Assembly: GCA_043228905.1 (NCBI GenBank)
Contig: JBHGNT010000003.1
Span: 12,276,001-12,340,000 of the forward strand
Direction of reading: 5' to 3'
DNA length: 64,000 bases
Origin: Azolla caroliniana
Lineage: Eukaryota > Plantae > Polypodiophyta
In this document: positions 36,262-47,804 of the stretch, one piece after another
Numbering within the stretch: position 1 is the first letter of the stretch
How the letters are laid out: each line of letters starts with the position of its first letter
The notes under the pieces: model-generated
Told to the model about the DNA's origin: nothing
Seen by the model: the letters and a program-made list of their open reading frames with translations, nothing else
Database searches by the model: none
Made by a program: the position numbers and the translations under genes

Positions 36262-39200
36262 TATGACTAAAGAATAGTAATTGGTATTAATGTAGGAATT
36301 AATTAGTATTAACTCTACGTGTAGTGGTTGTACCACTTACTAATAATAATGCAATTCCTCTTCCTATTTATAGTCGATTCAGACTGTTATGGCAAGATTC
36401 TATTTCTGCATTGACAAGAACTATTGAGTTAGTTAGTTTTTATTTATTTATTTTATTTATTTTATTTTTTATTCTTCCGTTTGAATAAACGGGTTTACCG
36501 GCATATCTCCCAAATACGGTTTAAGCCGGAATCCATTTACCCATTTCGGTAAAACCTCTCCGGTTAATGATCCCAGCTGATACGTACCATTTTTTACTAT
36601 TAATTATCCATACTGGACCTGTCCATCTATACCGGAGTTTCCCAGGCATAAGTCCCATTTTCGTCTGGAATACCAATACCGGTTTCCCAATTTCGAATTG
36701 CTCTTCCGATTTCCTTCGATGTCGATTTACGAATGCCTTGATTTGTCTCTGCTTGTGTTCTAGTGCTGACATTGATTGAATCCATTCTTCTTCTAATACT
36801 AATAAAGCCTCTTTGCGTATCTGCTCCGATTCTATTTCATTTAACTTATTGGTCGCTTGGATACGAAGTGTCGGAATTTGAAATTCGATCGGCATAACAG
36901 CTTCAAGTCCGAATGCCATTCGGAAAGGTGTTGATTTAATGGATGTTTTGTACGAAGTACGATATGCCCATAATGCACTATTTAACTTTTGATCCCAATC
37001 AGTACGATTTTCATTCACTATCTTCTTTAAAATTGTTTGAATTGTTTTATTTGTCGATTCTGCCAATCCATTAGCTTGGGGATAGTAAGGCGTACTTTTC
37101 TTATGAACTACGGCATAATAATTGGTTAATTCGTGAATTAACTTGTTAATAAAATGAGTGCCTTGATCGCTTACCAATTCTATTGGGCAACCGAATCGAC
37201 ACCATATATACTCATACAGGAATTTTGTTGTGGATGCTGTTGTATTGTCTCTGAGAGCTTTTGCTTCAACCCATTTTGTGCAATAGTCGGTCGCAATTAT
37301 GATATATCGATTACCGGTTCTTGCAGTTGCTGGTTTGAATGGGCCAACAAAATCTAAGCCCCATTTCTGAAATGGCTCAAGAGGTAAAACCGGTTGAAAA
37401 GGCATTCGATCCTTTTCGGTCGGTTGCCCCATTCTTTGACACAAATCGCATTTCTTACAGTATTCGTTAGCATCTTTCATCACCGTTGGCCACCATAACC
37501 CGCTATTCCATATTTTTCTGGTTGTTGCTTCTCCTGCGTAATGACCGCCAGCAATTCCACAATGTGACTCTGTTAATATGGCTAATTTTTCAAATTTCCG
37601 TACTGCCCTTCGCCATATTCCATCCGCTCCTTTATGATACAACACGTCATTAAATAAACAAAAATTTCGACTTCGTACTGCAATTCTTTTTCATTCATCT
37701 GTCGACATGTGTTCGACCGGAATTCCTGTTGATAGAAATATCGTCATTTCGGAAATCCATTCATCCTCTTTTTCCTCATTCATTTCTTGTGCTTTTACTG
37801 CCTCAACCCGAAATAATTGAGTATCTGGAAAATCATCTTTAACACCAACCGCTTCTTCTCCAGATTCAAGCCGACTGAGATAGTCAGCAATCGCGTGCTG
37901 TGCTCCTGGTCGATGTATAATGTCGAATTCAAACTCTTGAAGTAATAACGTCCATTTGGCTAACTTGCCTGTCAATTCTTGTTTGGAAACTAGATATAGT
38001 AAAGCCGAATGATCCACATGAAATGTAAATTTCTTACCCAAAAGGTAATGTCGAAATTTGTTCACACTATATATCATTCCCAAAGCTTCTCTTTCGGTTG
38101 TTGAATAGTTTCTTTCGGCCGACGAAAGTTTCCTACTGGCATAGTATACCGGCCTATACCAGTTTGGTTCGGATAATTGCATTACAGCACTGCCTATGGC
38201 AATGTCCGACGCATCGACGAAAACATGAAATGGTTTGTTCCAGTCCGGTGGTTGGACTACCGGAACCTTTGTCAGCATCTTCTTGAGACATTCGTATGCA
38301 TCTTGTTCTATACTTGTCCATATAAAAGGAACTTTGTGTACTGCTGTGTGTAACGGAATAGCAATGTCTGCTAGATATCTAATCATTCTACTGTGCCACC
38401 GAATTTGACCCAAAAATCTACTTAGAGCTTTAGCATTTGTCGGTGGTGTTGCCTCAATAATTGCTTTAACTTTGTCCGGGTCCACTGCAATCCCTTCTTG
38501 ACTGACAATATGCCCAAGTAACGTACCACTCATTACTTCGAATGCGCATTTGGCTGGATTTAAGCTAAGACGCCCTTTTCGACATTTTTCTAAACATAGC
38601 CGTAAATGCTCAAAATGATCAGCTTTCCGACTATATACTGCAAAATCATCTAAAAACACCTGCATGAAAGCTGGAATATATTCCCCGAATATTTCCTGTA
38701 TTACCCGCTGAAATGTAGCTGGAGCTGTTTTTAAACCGAACATCATTACTACTGCCACAAAGACACCCCATTCTGTGACAAAAGCTGTCTTTTCCTGATC
38801 TTCCGGATTCATCCGTACTTGGTTGTACCCACTGAACCCATCCAAGAAACTATAAATTTCATGTCCCGCTACTACATCTAATATCCCATCTGTGAATGGT
38901 AACGGAAACGCATCCGTAATTGTCGCTGCATTCAATTTTCTGTAATCCACACATACGCGAATTTTCCCATTCTTTTTCGGAACTACTACTATCGGACTCA
39001 GCCATGTTGATTTTTTGACGGATCAAATAAATCCTACTTTTAAGAGTTTATCGATTTCTTCTTTTACTTTGATAGCATAATTCGGATTCAACCTGTACCT
39101 GCGTTGTTGTACTGGCTTTGCATCTTTATGCAAATTGATTTGATGTTGACAAAAAGCGGGATCCAGACCTTTCATATCGTCAAACGACCATGCAAAAACA

Positions 39201-40041
39201 TCTTTATATTGTAATAGTAATGTTGTTAATGTCCGTTTGTCATTTTCCGCCAAATCTCTAGCAATCAAGACTATTTTTCTTTCACCATCCTCTACTCCTG
39301 CCAAATCGATCTCCTCTAATGCTGAGGCTTGCACTCTCTGAGATACCTTCATTTCCTTATCTGTAGCTTCTTGTTGCATTCGTATTTCTTTCATTGTTTG
39401 CTCATCTATTGGCACTTCTTCGTGTGAGTCTACATATGGTGTTAATGCTTGCAAAATATCTACCTCAAATAGAGGGATGATTTTCTGATTATCATTAAAA
39501 TACTGACTTTCGTCTTCCTCGTCCAATCCTTCCATCATATTAACTGCTTCTGCATGTACAGGTAAACTCTGTTTGCTTGTTGTCACTTTGTTGTGTGTCG
39601 GAATCCTGACCTTAGTTTTTCCTTTCCTAAATGTTAGCACATTTTGTTTCCAATTTTGTTTGATATTAGCTGTCTTTAACCATGGTCTCCCCAATAACAA
39701 GGGGTATGCTCCCTGTGCTTCTAACTGCAAAATTACTGCTGAAATCTGAAAACTGTGTCCCCCGATTATTACATCCAGTTGTCGAAGCAAACCAATCGGT
39801 CGTACCGTACTTGTATCTGCCATTCGTAACCAAAACGGACATGCTTCCCATTCCGTGATTCCTAGTTTTTCACATGTAGCTTTGTTAATCACATTAACTC
39901 CCGAGCCTCCATCTATAATCACATTTCCGATTTCTTGCCCGTAAAGTATTACCTTAATCGACGGATTCTGTTCATCCATGATCGAAGGGTTATTACTTGG
40001 CTGATTGTAGTGTACTGCTATTTGTTCGGAACCTTTATATG

Positions 40042-43000
40042 TGTAAGGAATAGGCCCTTCTATTCACCTTCTTCGCTCGGCCACAACCGAGTAAGCGCGA
40101 ATCGATGGAGCAGAAAATAGGAACCACACGGAGAAACAAAACGCGAGTACACAGGGATTAACGTGGAAAACCCTAGACGGGAAAAACCACGGGAGTACAA
40201 GACTCCAAACCAACACTATACAGAGAAGTATACAATGGCGAGCTGCAAGGCGACGACCTTGAGCTCGTTGTCCTCGCCACAGGCGGCGGAAATACACAGA
40301 GGCGTCTACCTCTTCCTCTCTCGCGCTCTATCTCTCTCACGGCTGCTCTCTCTTCACTCCTCTAAAGTGGAAAAACAGAAAAATGAGAAGCAACAGTAAA
40401 ACTGTTTGCCCTAAGTCATATTTATACTTATATGACTTTGGGCTATTTACAACTATAGCCTCAGGGGCCCATAGCAAACATATTCACGGATATGTCCCTG
40501 CATCCGGATCGCTTTCCGGGTACATTCGTCATCCGGCACCGAAACCGGGGTCTTCGTCATCCGGATCCGAAACCGAAACCGGGCTCGTCGGCATTCATCT
40601 CCGATATCCGACCATCCCATCCGAAAGGGACCGAAATCCCAACAAACTCCCCCTTCACTTCGGCATGGGATGTCTCTCCAATCCGATCCTCTTCCGGCAT
40701 GCTTCCAGCTTGTCGGGTGTGAGCACCTTGGTCAGCATATCCGACCCGTTCTCGTCCGTGTGGATCTTCGTCAGCACGAACTCCTTGTCTTCTATCCTTT
40801 CCCGGATCCAGTGATATCTTCGCTGGATGTGCTTCGTCCGGGAGTGATAGGCCGCGTTCTTTGCAAGGTGGATTGCACTCTGACTGTCGCAGTAGAGTCG
40901 GTACTCCTCCTGCCGGATACCGAGCTCTCTAATGAAGTCCTTCATCCATATTATTTCCTTGCCGGCTTCAACAGCCGTCATGTACTCCGCCTCCGTGGTT
41001 GACAACGCAACCGTCTTCTGCAGCCTCGACTGCCATGAAACAACTCCCCCTGCATACGTCATCACATACCCTGATGTGGACCGGCTGGTATCTGCATCAG
41101 CCGACATATCCGAATCGGTGAAACCGTCGAGTTCGGGTTTACCGGAGCCGAATCGGAGGTACACATTCGCTGTGCCCTTCAGGTATCGGAGTATCCACTT
41201 GACCGCGTTCCAATGCTCTTTGCCGGGATTGCTCATGTACCGGCTCACCACTCCGACTGCATATCCGATGTCCGGTCTCGTACACACCATGGCGTACATC
41301 AAGCTCCCGACGGCTGAGGCATACGGTACTTTCATCATATCCTCCTTTTCAGCCTTTGTCTTGGGACTTTGCTTGCTGGACAGCTTGCAGTTTGTTGGGA
41401 GGGTCGATCCGACCGGTCTTGCTTCCGACATGTTGAACCGGTGAAGCACCTTCGTCACGTACTTCTCCTGTGACAGCCACAACTGCTTCTTCTTCCGGTC
41501 CCGGATGATGTGCATCCCTAGTATTTGCCTCGCCGGACCCAGGTCCTTCATTGAGAAGGTTCGGTGAAGAGCCTTCTTCAGCATCCGTATCTTGACCTGA
41601 TCCCGTCCGACGATCAACATGTCGTCCACGTACAGGAGGAGTATTAGAAAGTCTCCTCCTTCGAACTTCTTCACAAACACGCAGTGGTCGGACTGCGTTT
41701 TGAGGTACCCTTCGTCGGTCATGAAGGAGTCGAACTTCCGGTACCATTGCCGGGGAGCCTGCTTCAGTCCGTAAAGGCTCTTCTTCAACCGGCATACCAG
41801 GTGCTCCTTCCCTTTCTTCTCGAATCCTTCCGGTTGCTGCATGTAGATCTCTTCATCGAGGTCGCCGTGAAGGAATGCCGTCTTCACGTCCATCTGTTCT
41901 ACCTCGAGGTCCATGCTTGCCGCTATGCTCAGCACCGTCCGGATGGAGGTCATCTTCACTACCGGGGCAAATATCTCGTCGAAGTCGACGCCCTTCTTCT
42001 GCTGAAACCCCTTCACCACGATCCTGGCTTTGTATCTCGGGGGTTTTCCGGCATCTCCCGGTTTCAGCTTGAACACCCACTTGTTTCGAAGTGCCCGCTT
42101 TCCTTTCGGCAACTCCACAAGTTCATATGTGTGGTTCTCATGCAGGGAATCCATCTCGTCCTGCATGGCACTCAACCACCTGCGGCTCTGGGTGTCATGC
42201 TTCGCTTCCTCAAAGCTCTCCGGCTCCCCCTCGTCGGTTAGCAACACGTGCTCTGGTTCCGGAAATCTCCGGGGGGGCCTTCTCTCTCTTTGAGGGTATC
42301 TCCGTTTCGGAGCTTCGGTAACCGGTTCTTCCGATTCTTCTTCTTCATCCGAATCCATTTCGGGATCGGGGCCGGTTCCGGTATCATTTTCATCTTCTTC
42401 GGCCGGTTCTGTTTCTTCACCGTCTTCGGCCGGGTCCTCGAGTGCTAACCGGTCCCTTGCCGGTCGGGACTGCTCCTCGTAGAGTTTATCCTCACCGGTC
42501 GACTTGGAGCTCTTCATCTTCTTCTCCGACTCCCAGTCGGCGAGTGTCTTGTCCTCCATAAAGACGATATCTCGACTCCTGAATATCTTCTTGTCGACCG
42601 GGTCCCATACTCGGTAGCCGAACTCGTCGTCGCCGTAACCGAGGAATATGCATGGCCGGGTCTTCGGATCTAGCTTTCCTCTCCGGTCCTTCGCCACGTG
42701 CACGTATGCGAGACACCCGAACACCTTCAGATGCCGGTAGGATACTTCCCTACCGGTCCACACTCTCTGCGGCGTGTCTCCGTCCAAAGGTACTGAGGGT
42801 GATCGGTTTATCACATATGTCGCCGTCGACATTGCCTCAGCCCAAAACCCCTTGGGTAATTTCGCATGCGCCAGCATACTCCGAACCCTCTCCATTATGG
42901 TCCGGTTCATCCTCTCAGCCAGCCCGTTCAGTTCCGGCGTCTTCGGCACAGTAAACTCGAGCCGGATTCCCTTCGAGCGACAGTACTCCTGGAACTGCCC

Positions 43001-45363
43001 CCGGTATTCCCCTCCGTTATCCGCTCGTATCGCTTTCAGCTTCTTGCCGGATTCCCTTTCCACTCTCGCGTGGAGTTCTTTGAAGACGCACAACACTTGG
43101 TCCTTTGTCTTCAACGGTGCCGTCCACAGTCTTCGGCTGTGATCATCTATGAAAGTTACGAAGTACTGGGCTCCGCCATGTGACTTCGTTTCTACCTGAC
43201 ACACGTCGGTGTGCACCAACTCCAATGGTGCGCTACGTCTCGTCGGTGGTCTTGAGTGGAAGGAGGTTCGGTTCTGCTTACCGGCCAGGCAGTCGGTGCA
43301 CTTCTCCAGGTGCACATGCTTCACCGGAATAAGGTTGTCTTCTGCAAGCCTCTTCATCCCCTTCTCACTCATGTGGCACAGTCTTTTGTGCCACAGCTCA
43401 CCGGCAGTGTCGGCTGCCACATTCAGCTCTTCCGGACATAACCGGGCATTCATCAGGTACAGTGTGTTGACCTTCCGGGCCCGAGCCACTATCAAGCTCC
43501 CCTTGCTGAACTTCATGACACCGTTCCGGATGCTACCCGTGTAGCCTTCATCATCTAGCCTCCCGGCCGAAATCAGGTTCAGTCGGACCTCCGGAACGTG
43601 TCGGACATTCTTCAGCAGCATTTTGCATCCGGTCGGGGTTGTCAACCACACGTCTCCTATGCCGGCAATCCGGCACGTACCTTCGTTTCCCATCCGAACA
43701 CAGCCATGCTCGCCGGCTGTGTAGGATGAGAAGTATCTTCTCTCCGGGGTCAGGTGGAACGATGCTCCGGAATCGACCACCCAGGTCGTCTCATCGCCGG
43801 CAATGTTTAGTTCACCTTCTTCGGTGATGAGCATGATCTCCTCTTCACTTGCCGCGAGTGCCGTCGTTCCTTTCCGGTCCTGTCCTCGCCGATCCGAACC
43901 ATTCCGGTCCGTGGCTCCCCGGTATGCACCGTTTCTCTCCGGTGACTTCTTCGAATCGGTGTTGTCGGTTCCATTGTCTTTTCGGTAATGCCGACAATTC
44001 TTTCGGAAGTGCCCCGGCTTCCCACAGTGGAAGCATGTGGGCCTTCCTCTTGACTGCGACCGGGTCCCCGACTTCTCCCGTCTTTGCGGACTCCGGTTCC
44101 ATTGTCTTCCCCGATCCGATTCGGTAAACAACATCTTCGGGTCGGAGGCCGGTTCCTTATCTCTCCGACGCGCTTCTTCATTCAAAATACTTGTCTTTAC
44201 CGTTTGTAAGGACAAGTTATCTTCGGTGCAGGAGGTGCTGAGAGTCACCACCAAGTTCTCCCAGCTTTCTGGCAATGTACACATCAGGATGATGGCTTGC
44301 ATTGCATCCTCCAACGGGAACTTAATCGCCGCAAGCTGGTTCACGAATCCCATGAACGTGCTTACGTGTTCAACCATACTCTCGCCGTCCCGGTACTTGA
44401 GGTTCACTATCTTCCTCATCAGGGAGGTCCGGTTCAACGCATTCTTCCTCTCGTAGAGGCCCGACAGCTTCTTCCACATCTCATATGCGTTGGTGTCGTT
44501 CGCCACATGTTGTAGGACGCTTACATCGACATATTGTCGGATCGTCGCTACGGCTTTCCGGTTCAGGAGCTTCCACTCCGACTCAAGTACCCCCTTCGGT
44601 ATTTCCGACCTGTCAATCGGTTCGTACAGGTCCCGAACAATCAGAAGATCCTCCATCTTGATCTTCCAGTCGGCCTAATTCTGTGCATTCAGCACCATCA
44701 TCCCCGGCTGCCCACTACCGCCGCCTTCCATTTTCTGCAACAGTCGCTCTGATACCAGTTTGTAAGGAATAGGCCCTTCTATTCACCTTCTTCGCTCGGC
44801 CACAACCGAGTAAGCGCGAATCGATGGAGCAGAAAATAGGAACCACACGGAGAAACAAAACGCGAGTACACAGGGATTAACGTGGAAAACCCTAGACGGG
44901 AAAAACCACGGGAGTACAAGACTCCAAACCAACACTATACAGAGAAGTATACAATGGCGAGCTGCAAGGCGACGACCTTGAGCTCGCTGTCCTCGCCATA
45001 GGCGGCGGAAATACACAGAGGCGTCTACCTCTTCCTCTCTCGCGCTCTATCTCTCTCACGGCTGCTCTCTCTTCACTCCTCTAAAGTGGAAAAACAGAAA
45101 AATGAGAAGCAACAGTAAAACTGTTTGCCCTAAGTCATATTTATACTTATATGACTTTGGGCTATTTACAACTATAGCCTCAGGGGCCCATAGCGAACAT
45201 ATTCACGGATATGTCCCTGCATCCGGATCGCTTTCCGGGTACATTCGTCATCCGGCACCGAAACCGGGGTCTTCGTCATCCGGATCCGAAACCGAAACCG
45301 GGCTCGTCGGCATTCATCTCCGATATCCGACCATCCCATCCGAAAGGGACCGAAATCCCAACA
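40042..45363 (-). mobile_element. Copia F, young and near-intact element
   Basis: 603-bp LTRs 40042-40644 and 44761-45363 (~3 transitions); TSD ATATG/ATATG; PBS TGGTATCAGAGC 44746-44757; PPT GAAGGGGGAG directly after the stop codon. Confidence 0.97.
40655..44656 (-). CDS. gag-pol: Copia gag-pol polyprotein, 1333 aa (gag CCHC, PR DSGA, GAG-pre-integrase, IN, RT YVDD, RNase H)
   Basis: Single ORF with all motifs; the likely original ATG at 44731 is separated from it by one in-frame TAG (44675-44677). Confidence 0.96.
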   Translation of the reverse strand: MEDLLIVRDLYEPIDRSEIPKGVLESEWKLLNRKAVATIRQYVDVSVLQHVANDTNAYEMWKKLSGLYERKNALNRTSLMRKIVNLKYRDGESMVEHVSTFMGFVNQLAAIKFPLEDAMQAIILMCTLPESWENLVVTLSTSCTEDNLSLQTVKTSILNEEARRRDKEPASDPKMLFTESDRGRQWNRSPQRREKSGTRSQSRGRPTCFHCGKPGHFRKNCRHYRKDNGTDNTDSKKSPERNGAYRGATDRNGSDRRGQDRKGTTALAASEEEIMLITEEGELNIAGDETTWVVDSGASFHLTPERRYFSSYTAGEHGCVRMGNEGTCRIAGIGDVWLTTPTGCKMLLKNVRHVPEVRLNLISAGRLDDEGYTGSIRNGVMKFSKGSLIVARARKVNTLYLMNARLCPEELNVAADTAGELWHKRLCHMSEKGMKRLAEDNLIPVKHVHLEKCTDCLAGKQNRTSFHSRPPTRRSAPLELVHTDVCQVETKSHGGAQYFVTFIDDHSRRLWTAPLKTKDQVLCVFKELHARVERESGKKLKAIRADNGGEYRGQFQEYCRSKGIRLEFTVPKTPELNGLAERMNRTIMERVRSMLAHAKLPKGFWAEAMSTATYVINRSPSVPLDGDTPQRVWTGREVSYRHLKVFGCLAYVHVAKDRRGKLDPKTRPCIFLGYGDDEFGYRVWDPVDKKIFRSRDIVFMEDKTLADWESEKKMKSSKSTGEDKLYEEQSRPARDRLALEDPAEDGEETEPAEEDENDTGTGPDPEMDSDEEEESEEPVTEAPKRRYPQRERRPPRRFPEPEHVLLTDEGEPESFEEAKHDTQSRRWLSAMQDEMDSLHENHTYELVELPKGKRALRNKWVFKLKPGDAGKPPRYKARIVVKGFQQKKGVDFDEIFAPVVKMTSIRTVLSIAASMDLEVEQMDVKTAFLHGDLDEEIYMQQPEGFEKKGKEHLVCRLKKSLYGLKQAPRQWYRKFDSFMTDEGYLKTQSDHCVFVKKFEGGDFLILLLYVDDMLIVGRDQVKIRMLKKALHRTFSMKDLGPARQILGMHIIRDRKKKQLWLSQEKYVTKVLHRFNMSEARPVGSTLPTNCKLSSKQSPKTKAEKEDMMKVPYASAVGSLMYAMVCTRPDIGYAVGVVSRYMSNPGKEHWNAVKWILRYLKGTANVYLRFGSGKPELDGFTDSDMSADADTSRSTSGYVMTYAGGVVSWQSRLQKTVALSTTEAEYMTAVEAGKEIIWMKDFIRELGIRQEEYRLYCDSQSAIHLAKNAAYHSRTKHIQRRYHWIRERIEDKEFVLTKIHTDENGSDMLTKVLTPDKLEACRKRIGLERHPMPK

Positions 45364-47804
45364 ATATGCAATTAATGCTGCCACTTTTTCTGTAAACCTT
45401 GGTACTAACTTAAGTAAGCCCGTAAGTGGCAATGACACTTGGCAATCAGCCAACAGTTTCCAAGTTTCTTCCTGTTCCTTATTCCCCAATGACTGTTGTA
45501 CAACGATGTTCTGGTCAATGTTATTGTCTTGTAACCTTCGATTCACATTACTTTGATTTGGTTCGTCAACCCATTCTTTTGCCGCCTTCCGAACTGCTTC
45601 CTAAATTTCCCATTCTGATTGTTTGCTTTTGCTGCGTGTCGTTACTTGCTGAACTTCCGGTATTACCATATTAACTGCTGGACTCTTCCCTTTAACCGGA
45701 CATTGATTAGCATAATGGCCTAGTTGTCGACAAATATAACAAGTGGGTACAAATGTTCCACCGGTCTCTCCATGTGCAAATTGGCCGTTATTAAATTGCT
45801 GCTCTTCATTACCACTCGGGTTTTGTTGGAATTGACGTGTAGCTTTTGGTTTGTAAAATTTCTTATTTTTATACCGATTCTACCTAAATTGTTCGGTATT
45901 ATCATTTGGTTGTGCTACATTTTGTGTTATCCCGAACTCCTGATTTGGCGGAAAATTATTCTGTTGAAACATTTGATTATTTTGTGGAAAGGTTTGAGTA
46001 TTATGTTGAAAGGTCATATTACCCGGTTGAAATGCAGAATTCGGTTGCACATTCGGACAGTTCTATTGAAACCCTTGAAATGGTGGGTTACCTTGTTGGA
46101 AACTTTGATTATTTTGTTGAAAATATTGATTCGGATTCTGTACGAATGGTGGGTTGGATTGAGCAAAACCTGGTTGAAATGCTTGAGTCACTGGAGTGGG
46201 TTGCATATTTTGTTGTGAAAAGATCTAATTTGGCTGTAGAACCGGATTTTGTTGAAAAGTTGGATTTTGTTGTACATTTTGCTGATTTTGTGAAAAATTA
46301 TTATTTTGATAACCATTGAACAGATTAGTGTTATTTTGGTAACCATTGTCAGTAAAAATTTGTCGTACTGACGCTGTAGTTTTATTAAGCAGATTATATT
46401 CACATTGTTCTACTGAATGTAATTTTGAATGACATATTGTACAATGTGTTCTTAACGTACATTCAATTGCCGAATGCCCCGTATTTAAACAAGTGGTGCA
46501 TTGAACTGCTTGTCGATATTGTAACTCCTCTATTGTTGGTAACGTACGTTGTAATGCCGACATGTCCATACTCTGAACATTGGCCGGTGGTCGACCCATT
46601 TCTATTGCTTTATCAATTACTTGTTCGATAGTCTGATTTCGAAAATCGAACACTTTCAATGTCGTCCTTAATGGTTCTTTTACAGCTTCTAGAAAGACTT
46701 CTTTTAATTCATTATCCGGAATCGGCCTTGAAATCTGAAGCTGTAAGTTTTGAAATCGTATCACAAACTGAGATACTGTTTCATTTTTTTCTTGATATAA
46801 CGCATAAAATTGCGCAATCAAATCCTTCTGCGGAATTTGTCGATGAAATAATTGTAAAAATTTACTAGTTAACACTTCAAAGGATGGAAATCCTTGAAGA
46901 CCGTTCTGCGCAAACCAATTGGCGGAATATCCGTCTAATGATAAGACGAACTCAACGATTTTTGACTTATCTTCGGCATCTGCCGACAATCGCTGAGCTC
47001 CATGGTTAATCTCCCATGTCGTTAAGAAATCCCTAACATGTGCTTCTGCATCTTTTCCTTCCCGGAACTTAGAATAAGTATAAGGCATATCGTCCCAAAT
47101 GTCGTAAAACGATACCTCTTCCGTCTGTTTTTCGTCTGAAGGTAATTGATCGGATAAGTCAAGAAGTTTCGACCACTTTGTGCTTGATTCCGGCTGTTCT
47201 TGCGCAATGAACGCTTCCTGCACTGCCTTCGTAACTGACCTTGTACGAGGGCGCTTACAACCGACCGGTGTCTCCTCTTCAGACGACATCCATTCGATTT
47301 GTTCTCTGCTTAATTGCAGATGTAACCGGGCGTGCCAAATTTCTTCTGTGTTAATCGGCTAATTACTAACTACTACCGATACAGAAGAGTGAACGTCGCT
47401 ACTCAATGTTCTAACAAAGAATTGTGTTTTACGAACAGAAATATACTATATTAATCGGTAATTACCGTGATCGTTACTTAGTTATAAATTAGGAAGATTG
47501 CACTTAACAAAATAGACAATAGAAAGAACACAGAATCCGTACATGATATTCCTAACTTAAACTTATATTACTAAATAAACGACCTTTCTTACAATGCCTT
47601 CGGTTCCCTTTTATAGGTATACCGAAGGTCTTTTCTCATCAAGAACTATTCCTACTTACTATCAAGAATTACAAAATTATCTAACTAACTTAGTTCTCTT
47701 CGTTCACTGCTGAGTCATCGATCCGAACAGTCGATCCGAACCGACTCCGTTTTCGACGCTTTCCCACTTGTTCGGTAAAACTGACTGTCCGGGTCCGGGT
47801 AACA

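Larger units (their letters stand above)
36470..47289 (-). pseudogene. gag-pol: G1b gag-pol, interrupted by copia F (40042-45363) and by stops
   Basis: ORFs 46225-47289, 39023-39979, 37691-38950 and 36521-37645 are nearly identical to G1a. Confidence 0.95.
33089..47804 (-). mobile_element. G1b, second full-length copy of family G1, interrupted by copia F
   Basis: 456-bp LTRs 33089-33544 and 47349-47804; TSD GCGAG/GTGAG; PBS 47325-47337. Confidence 0.96.
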
